DNA of 50,093 nt, counting the filler, from Stramenopiles sp. TOSAG23-3 (taxonomy: Eukaryota): NCBI GenBank assembly GCA_900128585.1. It is 4 parts of 4 records of this genome, joined end to end, with 100 filler letters (N's around TTAATTAATTAA, not from the genome) between each part and the next. Parts side by side here need not be neighbours in the genome. Positions count along the whole stretch, not along the records: positions 1 to 22,901 come from LT642322.1; 3 more parts are not named here. One strand, written 5' to 3'. Every line of letters begins with the position of its first letter. Position 1 is the stretch's first letter. This document shows, piece by piece, positions 1 to 9,367 of the stretch. Made by a program: the position numbers and the translations under genes. Below the pieces are notes generated by a model, which was not told where the DNA came from, ran no database searches, and saw nothing but the letters and a program-made list of their open reading frames with translations.

Positions 1-46
1 TTCTTCTTCTTCTTCTTCTTCTTCTTCTTCTTCTTCTTCTTCTTCC
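1..46. repeat. (TTC)n microsatellite
   Basis: About 15 perfect TTC units at the window start. Confidence 0.95.
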
Positions 47-269
47 TTGCACGTAGACAAGAATAAAAAATTTATGAGTCTTAATTCTAGACGACGGCGA
101 CACTTTCTGTATGCTATCGAAATTAGGCACTGAAGAGACAAAACAAGATGATAGAACGTCTACAATCCCGGAGAGGAAGAGTACACGCTGTTTTTCAAAA
201 TTAAACGGGTTTTCTTGCATCGTATTTATTTTATTCTATCATTGCTATTGCCAAAGGTTCTTGGTAAGC

Positions 270-1181
270 ATGTCTTTGAATTTCGTCGACGACGAACGTA
301 GTGAAGCACCAACTCCGTCGAGGCTGACTCGGCTTCAATCGAAAGCCGACTATGAAGTTGAGAACTGTTACACTGCTACAACCAATGATAACGAAGACCA
401 TTCGTTTTGCGGGGTTATGTTCAATGTTACGTTGCAAAGTGTATACCCTATACAGTACATTGAAATATACTCCTTTTCAGCCCGAGGCGCCCTGGGTCCA
501 ATTTCGGTTTGGGTAACGAAAGAAGGGGGGTTTGAGGATAAACACGAGACGTCGGAAGAATGGAATACATTGTATCAGGGCCACCACAGTGCAAGTTTCT
601 ACGACTTGCAAGATTTTGTATTGGATGAACCGATACGATTGTATGCAAACGGTGAATCTCGAGGCATATACATTCACTCCGCAAGGCCGGGGGACCAGGG
701 GATAGTGTACGATAACCAAAAAATGTTTACATCCTCAAAGTGCAATTACGAGGACGACTTTGTAGGGGTCAGCCACGCGCTTGCGCATTTGAGCAACCGG
801 CCCTTTGGTAGGCGTGGACCGTGGGGGCACCCTTGGAGGAACCGAAGGGAGTTTGTAGGGAAAATTAGATATGGTGTCAAGTACATGCTTTGGTCACCAA
901 AGCTGCATGTGAAAATGCCGATAATGCACCAGCACGTTGTCTGGACGTTACTTTTGTGCAGCCGTCGCCCAGACTGCCCTCTTTCCAGTATACCGCATGA
1001 CGTTTTGTTGTACATCTTAAACATGCTTGCACCTTGGGATTTTAAGTTTGGCGACGAAAAGAAGATGGCGTGTTTAAAGGCAGGGGGAGCTGGGGGAGGC
1101 AGCACCATCAAGTACTACATTTCGAAAGCGTTTTCTGCCGTCGGTGGCGAACGATTGACTAATTGGTGGAAGAAGAAGTGA
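270..1181 (+). CDS. Conserved hypothetical protein with C-terminal F-box/SOCS-like tail
   Basis: ORF 111..1181. Coding-like composition begins near ATG 270 (MSLNFVDDE), the likely start. The C-terminal VVWTLLLC..LSSIPHDVLLYILNML resembles F-box-like tails of protist proteins. Confidence 0.65.
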   Translation: MSLNFVDDERSEAPTPSRLTRLQSKADYEVENCYTATTNDNEDHSFCGVMFNVTLQSVYPIQYIEIYSFSARGALGPISVWVTKEGGFEDKHETSEEWNTLYQGHHSASFYDLQDFVLDEPIRLYANGESRGIYIHSARPGDQGIVYDNQKMFTSSKCNYEDDFVGVSHALAHLSNRPFGRRGPWGHPWRNRREFVGKIRYGVKYMLWSPKLHVKMPIMHQHVVWTLLLCSRRPDCPLSSIPHDVLLYILNMLAPWDFKFGDEKKMACLKAGGAGGGSTIKYYISKAFSAVGGERLTNWWKKK

Positions 1182-1443
1182 CGAGACCCCAATTATGATG
1201 TGGAATTCTAGTGAAAAAAAATGTGTGCACGACGCGGTATTCGCTTTTCGCATCAATTTTCGCTCATTTCTTTAATATGTTCATATTAATATTAAATTCA
1301 TACACTCCTTATTTTTATATCTTAATTCTTAAAGATTAAATCAAAGGTATTCAACAATATTTACAGATTTAAAGATTAAAGTCACACAAGAATATATACG
1401 AAGTAAAACGTATGTTCTTTATTTCATAATATCGTAAGAAAAA

Positions 1444-1557
1444 AATTTGTTTTTTATAAAAACTAAAATTTAATTACTTAAGTAACAGCCAATTTTTTGT
1501 TTTTAAAAACTAAAAAGAATTCTCACCCTAAATAACAGAGCCAATATTTTGTGTTTG
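1444..1557 (-). repeat. Dispersed TAACAGCCAATTTTTTG element: one full copy and one degenerate copy
   Basis: TTACTTAAGTAACAGCCAATTTTTTGTTTTTAAAA near 1474-1508 and AATAACAGAGCCAATATTTTG at 1531-1551. Matches copies near 18.1, 18.4, 25.9, 42.9 and 43.15 kb. Confidence 0.8.
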
Positions 1558-1562
1558 AATTC

Positions 1563-4500
1563 TCATCTCGCACGGTCATGACCCAGGGAATGCGCTGGCA
1601 GCCTTCCCGTTGTGAGCTTAATGGAGGACAATCGCTTTACGGTCTGGGACTTCCGAAAGGGAGAAAATGGAAGGGAATTACTCCTTCTTTTCCCCAACTG
1701 ATTACTGTTGGATTCGTTTTTCTTTTTTTGCACAAGCGTAGGCGACGTTTTCACGACCGACCTATAACCAGGACGACCTTTTGAAACCCGTTTCGATGGG
1801 CTTCCCCATTTGTTGACCTTTATGGCAAGTTCAAACTCGTTTCCAAAATCTGTGATCACCCGTTTTTCTAAAATTTTTAGTTTGGTGTAGTTGAACATAT
1901 TGAGAAGGCGTGGCTCGGGCGCATTTTTCATCAGTGGCGGAGTTTGAATTTGCCGCCTGTCTATTTCAATACTATCACGGTCGTACACTATCTTTGCCCG
2001 TTTGAGGCACACCTGCGACTTTGCAATCTCAGGCACCATCGATAAGGGGACTTTCATCACTCCACTGCAATTCATCATCAAAGGGAAAATTTCGACAGGT
2101 GCTTCGTTTATAGGAGCTGCAATATCTTGGTCAACATCGTTCCACATGTTGACCTTAATTTCATCGTCCGGTGACTGTTCGGACCACACTTTCTTCGGAG
2201 TCCTCTTTTTTGGTTTCTTTCCCCCCCGCTTCATTGTTCTCTCGGAAAGCATAAACTTTGAAAATTCACGATTTTCAAGGGGTTCAAGAAAGTGGGGCGT
2301 GCGTTTTTCTGGGGTTATGCCTTCACCGATTTTCACTTGTGCAGAAACTCGCGGGGACGGTGTTTTTTCTAAACCGTTTTCCACATCTGCGATTGGAGGA
2401 ATGTCATTCGCTTCCTCCTCCTCCCCCTCCTCTTCCTCTTCCTCTTCGCCGCCATCCGCATTTACCTCCGCCCGAGGGGTCCTTTGCGTCTTTTGCGCTT
2501 CCGTTGATTGGTTGTCGGCCACTTCGGCCTCCTCGACGTCACTCCTGGGGCGCCGTCCCTCCGTTACGGTCGTCATTTTTTCTGCAGACCTACGAGGATT
2601 GCCCACGCCCCGTTTTTCTTTTAATTTCTGCTTCCCCTTTCTGCGCTTTTTCCGTTTTGGTTGCGTAAAAATAATGTTTCCATGCTGCAAATTAATCAGA
2701 GGGATTATAGTTTGAAACAAATCCTCGGGCGTCTGGTAATGCTGCTTTTCAATCGGCAGCTTTTGGAGGATTCGCTCGACGTTGATTTGGCTCTTTATGA
2801 TCAGCCCGGTGCGCGTGTCTTCCGCCTCTGTGATAACTCTGACAGTCTTCCCGGGAATTAATTTCATTGCAAGCTTGTACTTGCGTCCACTGATACTCGT
2901 CTCTGCTTCGTACGTTTTTTTTTCCTCGTCCACCGCTTTCTTGTAATTCTTTAGTTTCTTTCGCTTTTCCGTTTGTTCCTTTGTACTGTACTTGGACTGC
3001 TTGGTTATTTTCTTAACCTCCAAGTAACCGTTTCCTTCATTTCTGACCAAGTTGTTCCGTTTTCTTGAAATCTTTACTGCTCTAACGCGATGCTTCTTGC
3101 CATCCGGTTTAATGCGAGACTTCAAGTACACACCAGTATGACACAAAACCTCTTGCGCCAGTGATTCTGGCGAATCAAATTGGTCAGCCTGAATTCCCAT
3201 CTCCGCCAGCAAATCTTTCCAATCATACTCGCACGAAATGCGTACGCCGAAGGTATCTGTGGCGGTTAGTCGAAGGCACGACGGGCTTCTATGGATATCT
3301 ACATTGTATTTTACAGCGTCAAGAACGATCTTTTCTTGCAAGAATGCTTTCTTCTCAAAGACTTCATCTTTTTTCTGGACTCGCTTTTCCAATTTTTCCT
3401 TTTGACTTGGTTTTTGGGCTTGCTGCTTTGCACCTTTCCTCTGCGTTCGCTGCTTTGCACCTTCCCTCTGTGACTGGTTTTTTACGCCTTCCCTCTGAGA
3501 CTGCTTTTTTGCGCCTTCCCTTTGCGTTCCCTTTTTTGCACCTTCCTTCTGGGTTCGCTTTTCTGCAATTTTGGAAGGTTCTGGGTCCCTTGCTCCCTTT
3601 GATTTAATTCGCCTAATTTTAGATTTGGCTTCAGCCACTTGCTCGGCAGAGACTGGATTTAATCGAACTGCGCCAGTGTCCTCGTCCACCTCAGTGGCAA
3701 GATGAGAGAATAAATTGAGCAGTTCTTGCATTCCTAGTTCACCCAAGGTCTCTTCATTTAGACCCAACTCTTTGACTAACTCATCATCTGTTTTTGCCAG
3801 CTCAAACAGCTGCTTCCCCTTCCCTTTGTCTTCAAATTTGATGTGAATCTTTCCGTCGTGGGTTTTGTCTATGGACATGGTCCCGCTTTGTACGCCCCCG
3901 TGGGTACTCTTTACATCCCTCGTGCCGTCATATAAATGCCCCTCGGGAAGGTTGAGATGCATCTTATTCATCTCTTTCTCTTTCTCCTCCTTCACTTCTT
4001 TCGCGTGATTAAATGCCGCTGACTTTTTCTCTTCTGCTGCAATAAGTTTTCGCCCATACTCGACTTGGGCGATCAAATACTTTTTTGCCTCTTCTTGCTC
4101 GCGAGCATAGTCCTGTGCGAACCTTTTTTTTCTCTTTTCCTCTCGCTCTTTCTTCTTCTTCTTCTCTCGCTCTACCACTGCATTTTGAGCGTCTATTGCA
4201 TCCTGCTTTAGCTTCATTAGCATTTCGTGCTCTTTTTTTTCTGTCCTTCTTACGAATTTTTAGCCGATCTGTCATTCGATCGAAGTAGATCGCCATGAAA
4301 AGTACGTCTAGTATTTGTTCCAAGTCCATCTCTTGCTTCTCTTCTTCATCAAAGTCTTCCAACAGTTCCATAATATCCCCTTCGTTCGTCTGAAGTTTGT
4401 ACTCAGCCGCATCCTTTTTCGGATCGTCGCTCCACCACGTCTTGCTCGTGTGCGCGTCGTGTTCGTGCCCATGGTTGAGGCCAGCATGAGTTACAACTAT

Positions 4501-4608
4501 ATCAATTGGTCCATCCTCTTCCTTTTTGACAATGTATAGGTTGTGGTACTCCCCGTTTATGATCTTTTTCGCTTCCAGCAGCAGTCCCGTAGGAAGCACT
4601 AGACTCAT
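1563..4608 (-). CDS. Large Lys/Glu-rich protein (~1000 aa) with about 4 repeated alpha/beta domains, split by a 1-nt frameshift
   Basis: ORF 4009..4713 (ATG 4608, MSLVLPTG) and ORF 1563..4223 join into one frame (DRKK-EHEMLMKLKQ) if one A is removed from the A8 run at 4233-4240. It contains 9-aa tandem repeats (TQREGAKKQ) at about 3420-3555. Confidence 0.75.
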
Positions 4609-6140
4609 TTTCGTCGCTTGTAACAACGGCAGGGCAATATAAGAAACCGTTAGTGCACAGGGAAAATGCGTGCTATTGGGAGAGAAACGTAAGGAACGTT
4701 TTGCAAAAAGCACAGTGTCTTTCGTCTAAAATGCTGAAAGTATGCTTTTCGTTCAAGCTACCGTTCACGCTACAAATCGTCTTCATAAACAATTGAGAAC
4801 ACAATGTGAATATTTTGTTTTTTGTTTTTTTTGTTTTCGTTGTACCAAGTAGTATGGTATGATGATGTTGTCGTCCTTTTTATTTTTTATATTATTTTAT
4901 TATTGTATTATTATACCAACCAAGGCACGGTACCTGTACTGCAACAATGGTCGCCCTCTCCTCATCATAGACGACTATCATAACCTGGTTTTTCCTTCTC
5001 CTTGTTGTTCCCTGTTTTTGTGACAACTTGGAGTTATTTTATATTAAAATACGAAGAAGAAACGGGACGGAATGAATAATAATAACGCACCAGCAAGGGA
5101 CGAAAACAATTTAGTAGGACATTTTTTGTTTGCAGGTTGCAGCTGCTCCCGATAGTAATGTACCAGTATTAATAGTACGAGACCGACTATCATCACAATG
5201 TACATACAGTCCAATTTATTTATGTGTATTGTCCATTATTACGAGACGAGGACTAAATAAAAATAGAATATTAAAATGAGGCTTCACCTCCTTTCTTCTG
5301 TTCTCTGCTTTGCTCCCTTTGTTTCCCTGTTGTTTCATTCTTTTATTTGTTAATACTACAGTGGAAGTTGAAGTCGATGAAGAAGGCACACAGCATTACA
5401 AAGAGATCCGTTTCTTTCTTTTTTTCTATTCCATAATGGTGCTGTAGTCCTGTTGCCATTCTGTAATGTCGCACATTTGCATCCTCTTCATTTTATTAAA
5501 AGCAGTCAACAACACATTTTCCACAGCTTTTTTGTAATAATAGCAATGGGAGTCACCGTCGATGTTTGTGCCAATAATATTTTAAACCTTAAACATCAAT
5601 ATTTGAGATTGTAATAAAAATAAGAGTCAAACACAATAAAATAAGGAAATCATATTTTAAGCAGCGGCGACCAAAGCAACTGCTTGCTTGAATAGCGCCT
5701 CAAACAATGATAATATTATACCGGTATTTATCCTGCTCCTCTGCTGCTGTGTTGATGAAGCTTTTATGCCTTCTTCTCTCTCACACACACGAACAAATCA
5801 CCTCCTCTCTCCTCTTCTCGCTCTGCTCTTATCGATCTCCGCCCATAAAAAAAAGTCGACAACACACACACGACGAGGACAGACAAAATTTTTAGGAGGA
5901 TGATTTATTTAATAAATTGATGATAGACTAATAAACGAACAACAAACAATTACAGTTAACATTTAATTTTCTCTATGGTAGTTCATTTTTTTCATTCATT
6001 AGCCCTCAATTTAAATTTGCATACGATCAATACCAGCTTGGTCCGGAGTTTACATTATTGCACGGTCGCCAGAATAAACGGGAATATATTGCTCAACTAG
6101 ACTGGGCAAAAAATACTCGCACGACCCTCGCTCTCTTAAC

Positions 6141-7616
6141 ATGGGCGGAAAGAAAAAGGGCAGTATGAAAAACAAGAATTCTATGAGCGAAGGGCAGCTC
6201 CCAAGCGTAAAGGTGGGCGAGGAGTACAGGAACCCCAACATAGACATTGGTGGAACAGGGCCTAGATTAGAGCCAATGGAGTGGCGGGACAAAAAAAAAG
6301 CAAAGAAAAAAAGAAGGCGACGCAAACCCAGGTTTTCGGATCAAATTGGAGTGAAGGTCAGCTGGTCTACCTGGCAGTGGAGGCAGGGGCAAGAAGAATT
6401 TCACAACAACACCCTGAAACGGGCAACTTCGTACGTGGGGCGTCAGATTCGAGAGCACCAACATAGACTGGAGAAATTGAATTCCATCTTTGACCCCCAA
6501 AAGATGAAAGAGCTTCAGAAAGCTTTCCAGCAAAAGAAAATGGCCCGGGATAATTTAGGCATGCTGAAGCGCCTGTCTATGATTGCTACAGAGAAAACAT
6601 CTATAACAAAAACCAACGACCCTGTTGAGCGAAGGTATGTAAATAAGTTTCGGAGGGACAAGGCTCGAATGATCCGAAACTCAAAACAGTACGAAATGGA
6701 CATGATCAATTTTGACAACAAGTTGATGCTGAAGCGCTTGCGAAAAACTAGAACCAGCCTGCAATCCCGGAGAGGCTTGAAGCGGGATTTCAAACGATCA
6801 AGGGTGATGAAGAAAGCCATGGCGAAGGTCTTCGATCCTAAGTACCAGCGCCAAATGCTGCAGGAAAGAGGCCTGTACAACCCCGTATACGTCCAAGAAA
6901 AAGGTAAACAGAAGAAAAGGCGACCGAGAAGAAACCGCGGGCCAATCAATACGGAGGCAATAAGGCAAAAATTTCCAGGTATTCAAGAGAATCCCAGTGG
7001 ATATGATCACCCCACATACTTGAACGAAGGAGAGGAATTTCATTATGACATGGCGAGCACGCCGGGGGCAGATTCCCTGCCCCCCCTGGGGGCGACGACG
7101 CCCCCATACACGCCCGGTTTGTCCATCAACGGCAACACGGGGTTTCCAGTGCCATACTCTTCAGATACTAGGGGTAGCGGAGGTTTGGGACGGCCGCCTT
7201 TGGCTCGCACACCGAACAGTCGCTCGTCTGCTAGCACTGCTCCATTGGTCGCGCCAATGTCTGCCGCGTCTTCAGTTTTTAGCACCGGCGCGTTCGTTGA
7301 ATCCCAAAACTTGCTAATGAAGCAAACCGGCATGAGAATAGCCGACACTGGTGTTTTAGTAAGCGCGTATAGGGGTCCCAAAGAGGCCTTGGTCTACGAA
7401 ATAGCAGACCCGAAGACAGGCATTGTGACTTATTTTGATATTCCTTCAGAAGTTATTTATGACATAGGCAACGAGTTTCCCGCTCTTCTGGAAACTGCAC
7501 ACGGAAGTCGCATAGAAAAACTAGCTACCTTGCTAGATATGAAAAACTACTTCAACGGACCGTCGAACATAAGTGCGAAAATGTACTGGTGGCACAAACA
7601 GCAAGATCATTCTTGA
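6141..7616 (+). CDS. CFAP97/Hemingway (KIAA1430)-domain-like protein
   Basis: 491-aa ATG ORF. HQHRLEK...KMARDNLGMLKRLSMI and EMDMINFDNKLMLKRL resemble the paired 'I..EN..LLKRL' motifs of CFAP97-family proteins. Confidence 0.65.
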   Translation: MGGKKKGSMKNKNSMSEGQLPSVKVGEEYRNPNIDIGGTGPRLEPMEWRDKKKAKKKRRRRKPRFSDQIGVKVSWSTWQWRQGQEEFHNNTLKRATSYVGRQIREHQHRLEKLNSIFDPQKMKELQKAFQQKKMARDNLGMLKRLSMIATEKTSITKTNDPVERRYVNKFRRDKARMIRNSKQYEMDMINFDNKLMLKRLRKTRTSLQSRRGLKRDFKRSRVMKKAMAKVFDPKYQRQMLQERGLYNPVYVQEKGKQKKRRPRRNRGPINTEAIRQKFPGIQENPSGYDHPTYLNEGEEFHYDMASTPGADSLPPLGATTPPYTPGLSINGNTGFPVPYSSDTRGSGGLGRPPLARTPNSRSSASTAPLVAPMSAASSVFSTGAFVESQNLLMKQTGMRIADTGVLVSAYRGPKEALVYEIADPKTGIVTYFDIPSEVIYDIGNEFPALLETAHGSRIEKLATLLDMKNYFNGPSNISAKMYWWHKQQDHS

Positions 7617-7745
7617 AATTTCAATTTAGACAAGAAGCCAAAAGAAGAGAGAGGCGCTCCCTCGAATAATATTAAAAATAAAAACAAAATATGATCTGTA
7701 ATGAAGAAGCAGCACTTGGAGGCGTCCAAATCAAAGTGCGCCAAC

Positions 7746-8699
7746 TTATTTGTTCACTTCATTTTGTTCCTCTACCCTGGCGGCACTTTTGAGCCGCATT
7801 AACGCTAATTTAAACTTTTCGCTATACAGAAGCTTGGCAACATCACTGGAAGACGCCGATTGCGCAATTTCGTTCACTACATCACCAAAATTTGCTCCAG
7901 GCATCTCATTCTTTTCTCTCTTTGAACTTCTTGTTTTAAACGGCAATCGATTGCCTAATGGAGGCCGGTTTTTCAATTCATGCTCAACTTTGCGAATGTG
8001 TTTACCAGCATCGAGGAAAAGACTTTGGAGATCTGCTTTTTCAGTCTCCAAGACCTCTACCCGGCATTCTAATTCTCTTATATGCTTCTTGTGCATCACT
8101 ACGTCACGATTTAAATACCTTGCTTTATCTTCAAAATTTGCCAACCGACGCGTCAAAATGTGGTTCTCTTCCTCCAGGGTCTCATTTGCCTGCCGTTGTT
8201 TTCGAAGCAACATGTGCACATCTTCGTGCTCTTGGTTCAATTTAGCATGTTTCTTTTCGACCGTTTTTAAAGCCATCAATGCCGGAACATGGCGCCACTC
8301 TCTGCCACCCTTTTTCCCACTGTTCGAATAATAGTGGGACACGCACGCCCTCTTTAATTCACGATAAATCCTGTTCAGAAGCTTTCCATATTTTACGGTA
8401 GACAGGGAAATATCCTCTAAACAGTTTAAGCAAAGGTCTAGCCGCTCAGGGCTAAACTCTGCATTTTGGTTGTCGCTTTCGTTCAACTTCATTTCACAAA
8501 AGAGTATCTTTGAATCAAATTCATTATGCTGCCTATCACTTGTTTCCTGCCCCACCGTGGGAGTAAAGTAGCCCCTCTCGTTCTTTCTATATTTGCGTTG
8601 GTATCGAACAGGCGATGGAGGCCCCGTTGGAGAAACTGGGAGCATGGCATTTGCGCGGACCCCATGAACTATTTTTGAGGCAGTGAATTCGTTAAACAT
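7746..8699 (-). CDS. Coiled-coil protein with TSNAXIP1 N-terminal-like domain
   Basis: 317-aa ATG ORF. RLDLCLNCLEDIS....YGKLLNRIYREL is followed by a long heptad coiled coil. Confidence 0.6.
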   Translation of the reverse strand: MFNEFTASKIVHGVRANAMLPVSPTGPPSPVRYQRKYRKNERGYFTPTVGQETSDRQHNEFDSKILFCEMKLNESDNQNAEFSPERLDLCLNCLEDISLSTVKYGKLLNRIYRELKRACVSHYYSNSGKKGGREWRHVPALMALKTVEKKHAKLNQEHEDVHMLLRKQRQANETLEEENHILTRRLANFEDKARYLNRDVVMHKKHIRELECRVEVLETEKADLQSLFLDAGKHIRKVEHELKNRPPLGNRLPFKTRSSKREKNEMPGANFGDVVNEIAQSASSSDVAKLLYSEKFKLALMRLKSAARVEEQNEVNK

Positions 8700-9367
8700 G
8701 GCACAAAAAGGAAGACGTCTCTAGGCGGCACGAACCTTCATATTCAAAACGGTCAGGGAAGCATCTCAAATGAAAACTACATCTTTTAAACTCGAATGAA
8801 TCAAAATCATGCCAGAACAAGAGAGTTGAAAGCCTTGCAGGAGTAGTAAAATGAGGAGAAGAGAAGAGGGGGGGGGAGAAGCCCGCTGGTGGGGCGGTGG
8901 GGCGCGACGGTGCTGAGCTGACGGTGAAGATAATTCCTTACAATACCACAAATAGTAATAACTGTTGAAGAAACGCTCCTATAAAATTTAAAAGTCTGCT
9001 TGGTCTTCTTTTCTACTATTTACCTTGGTATAATAATAATAAGATTGCGCCGTGCACAGCAGGGCAGGCACAGCTTTTTTGTTTGTTTTTTTGAGGAGGA
9101 CGGAGGGCAACGAATGATTTTGATTTATAACGGTAGTAGTTCAATGTTATCCCCATGTTATCCCCATTTTTATTATCACATGTTTGGATCATCATCTCTT
9201 CTGGTAATTTTGAATTCTTGTTGCAGTTTTTAGTACAGAACTGATTGCTCTGTAAATATTTTTTTTTCTGGGAAATCAGTAAAACGCCAAGTCTATCTAG
9301 AATACAACTACAACACACCGCCGCCTAATATTTCTTTTGGAAGGGGATAGTGCGCATTTCAGGGCAA

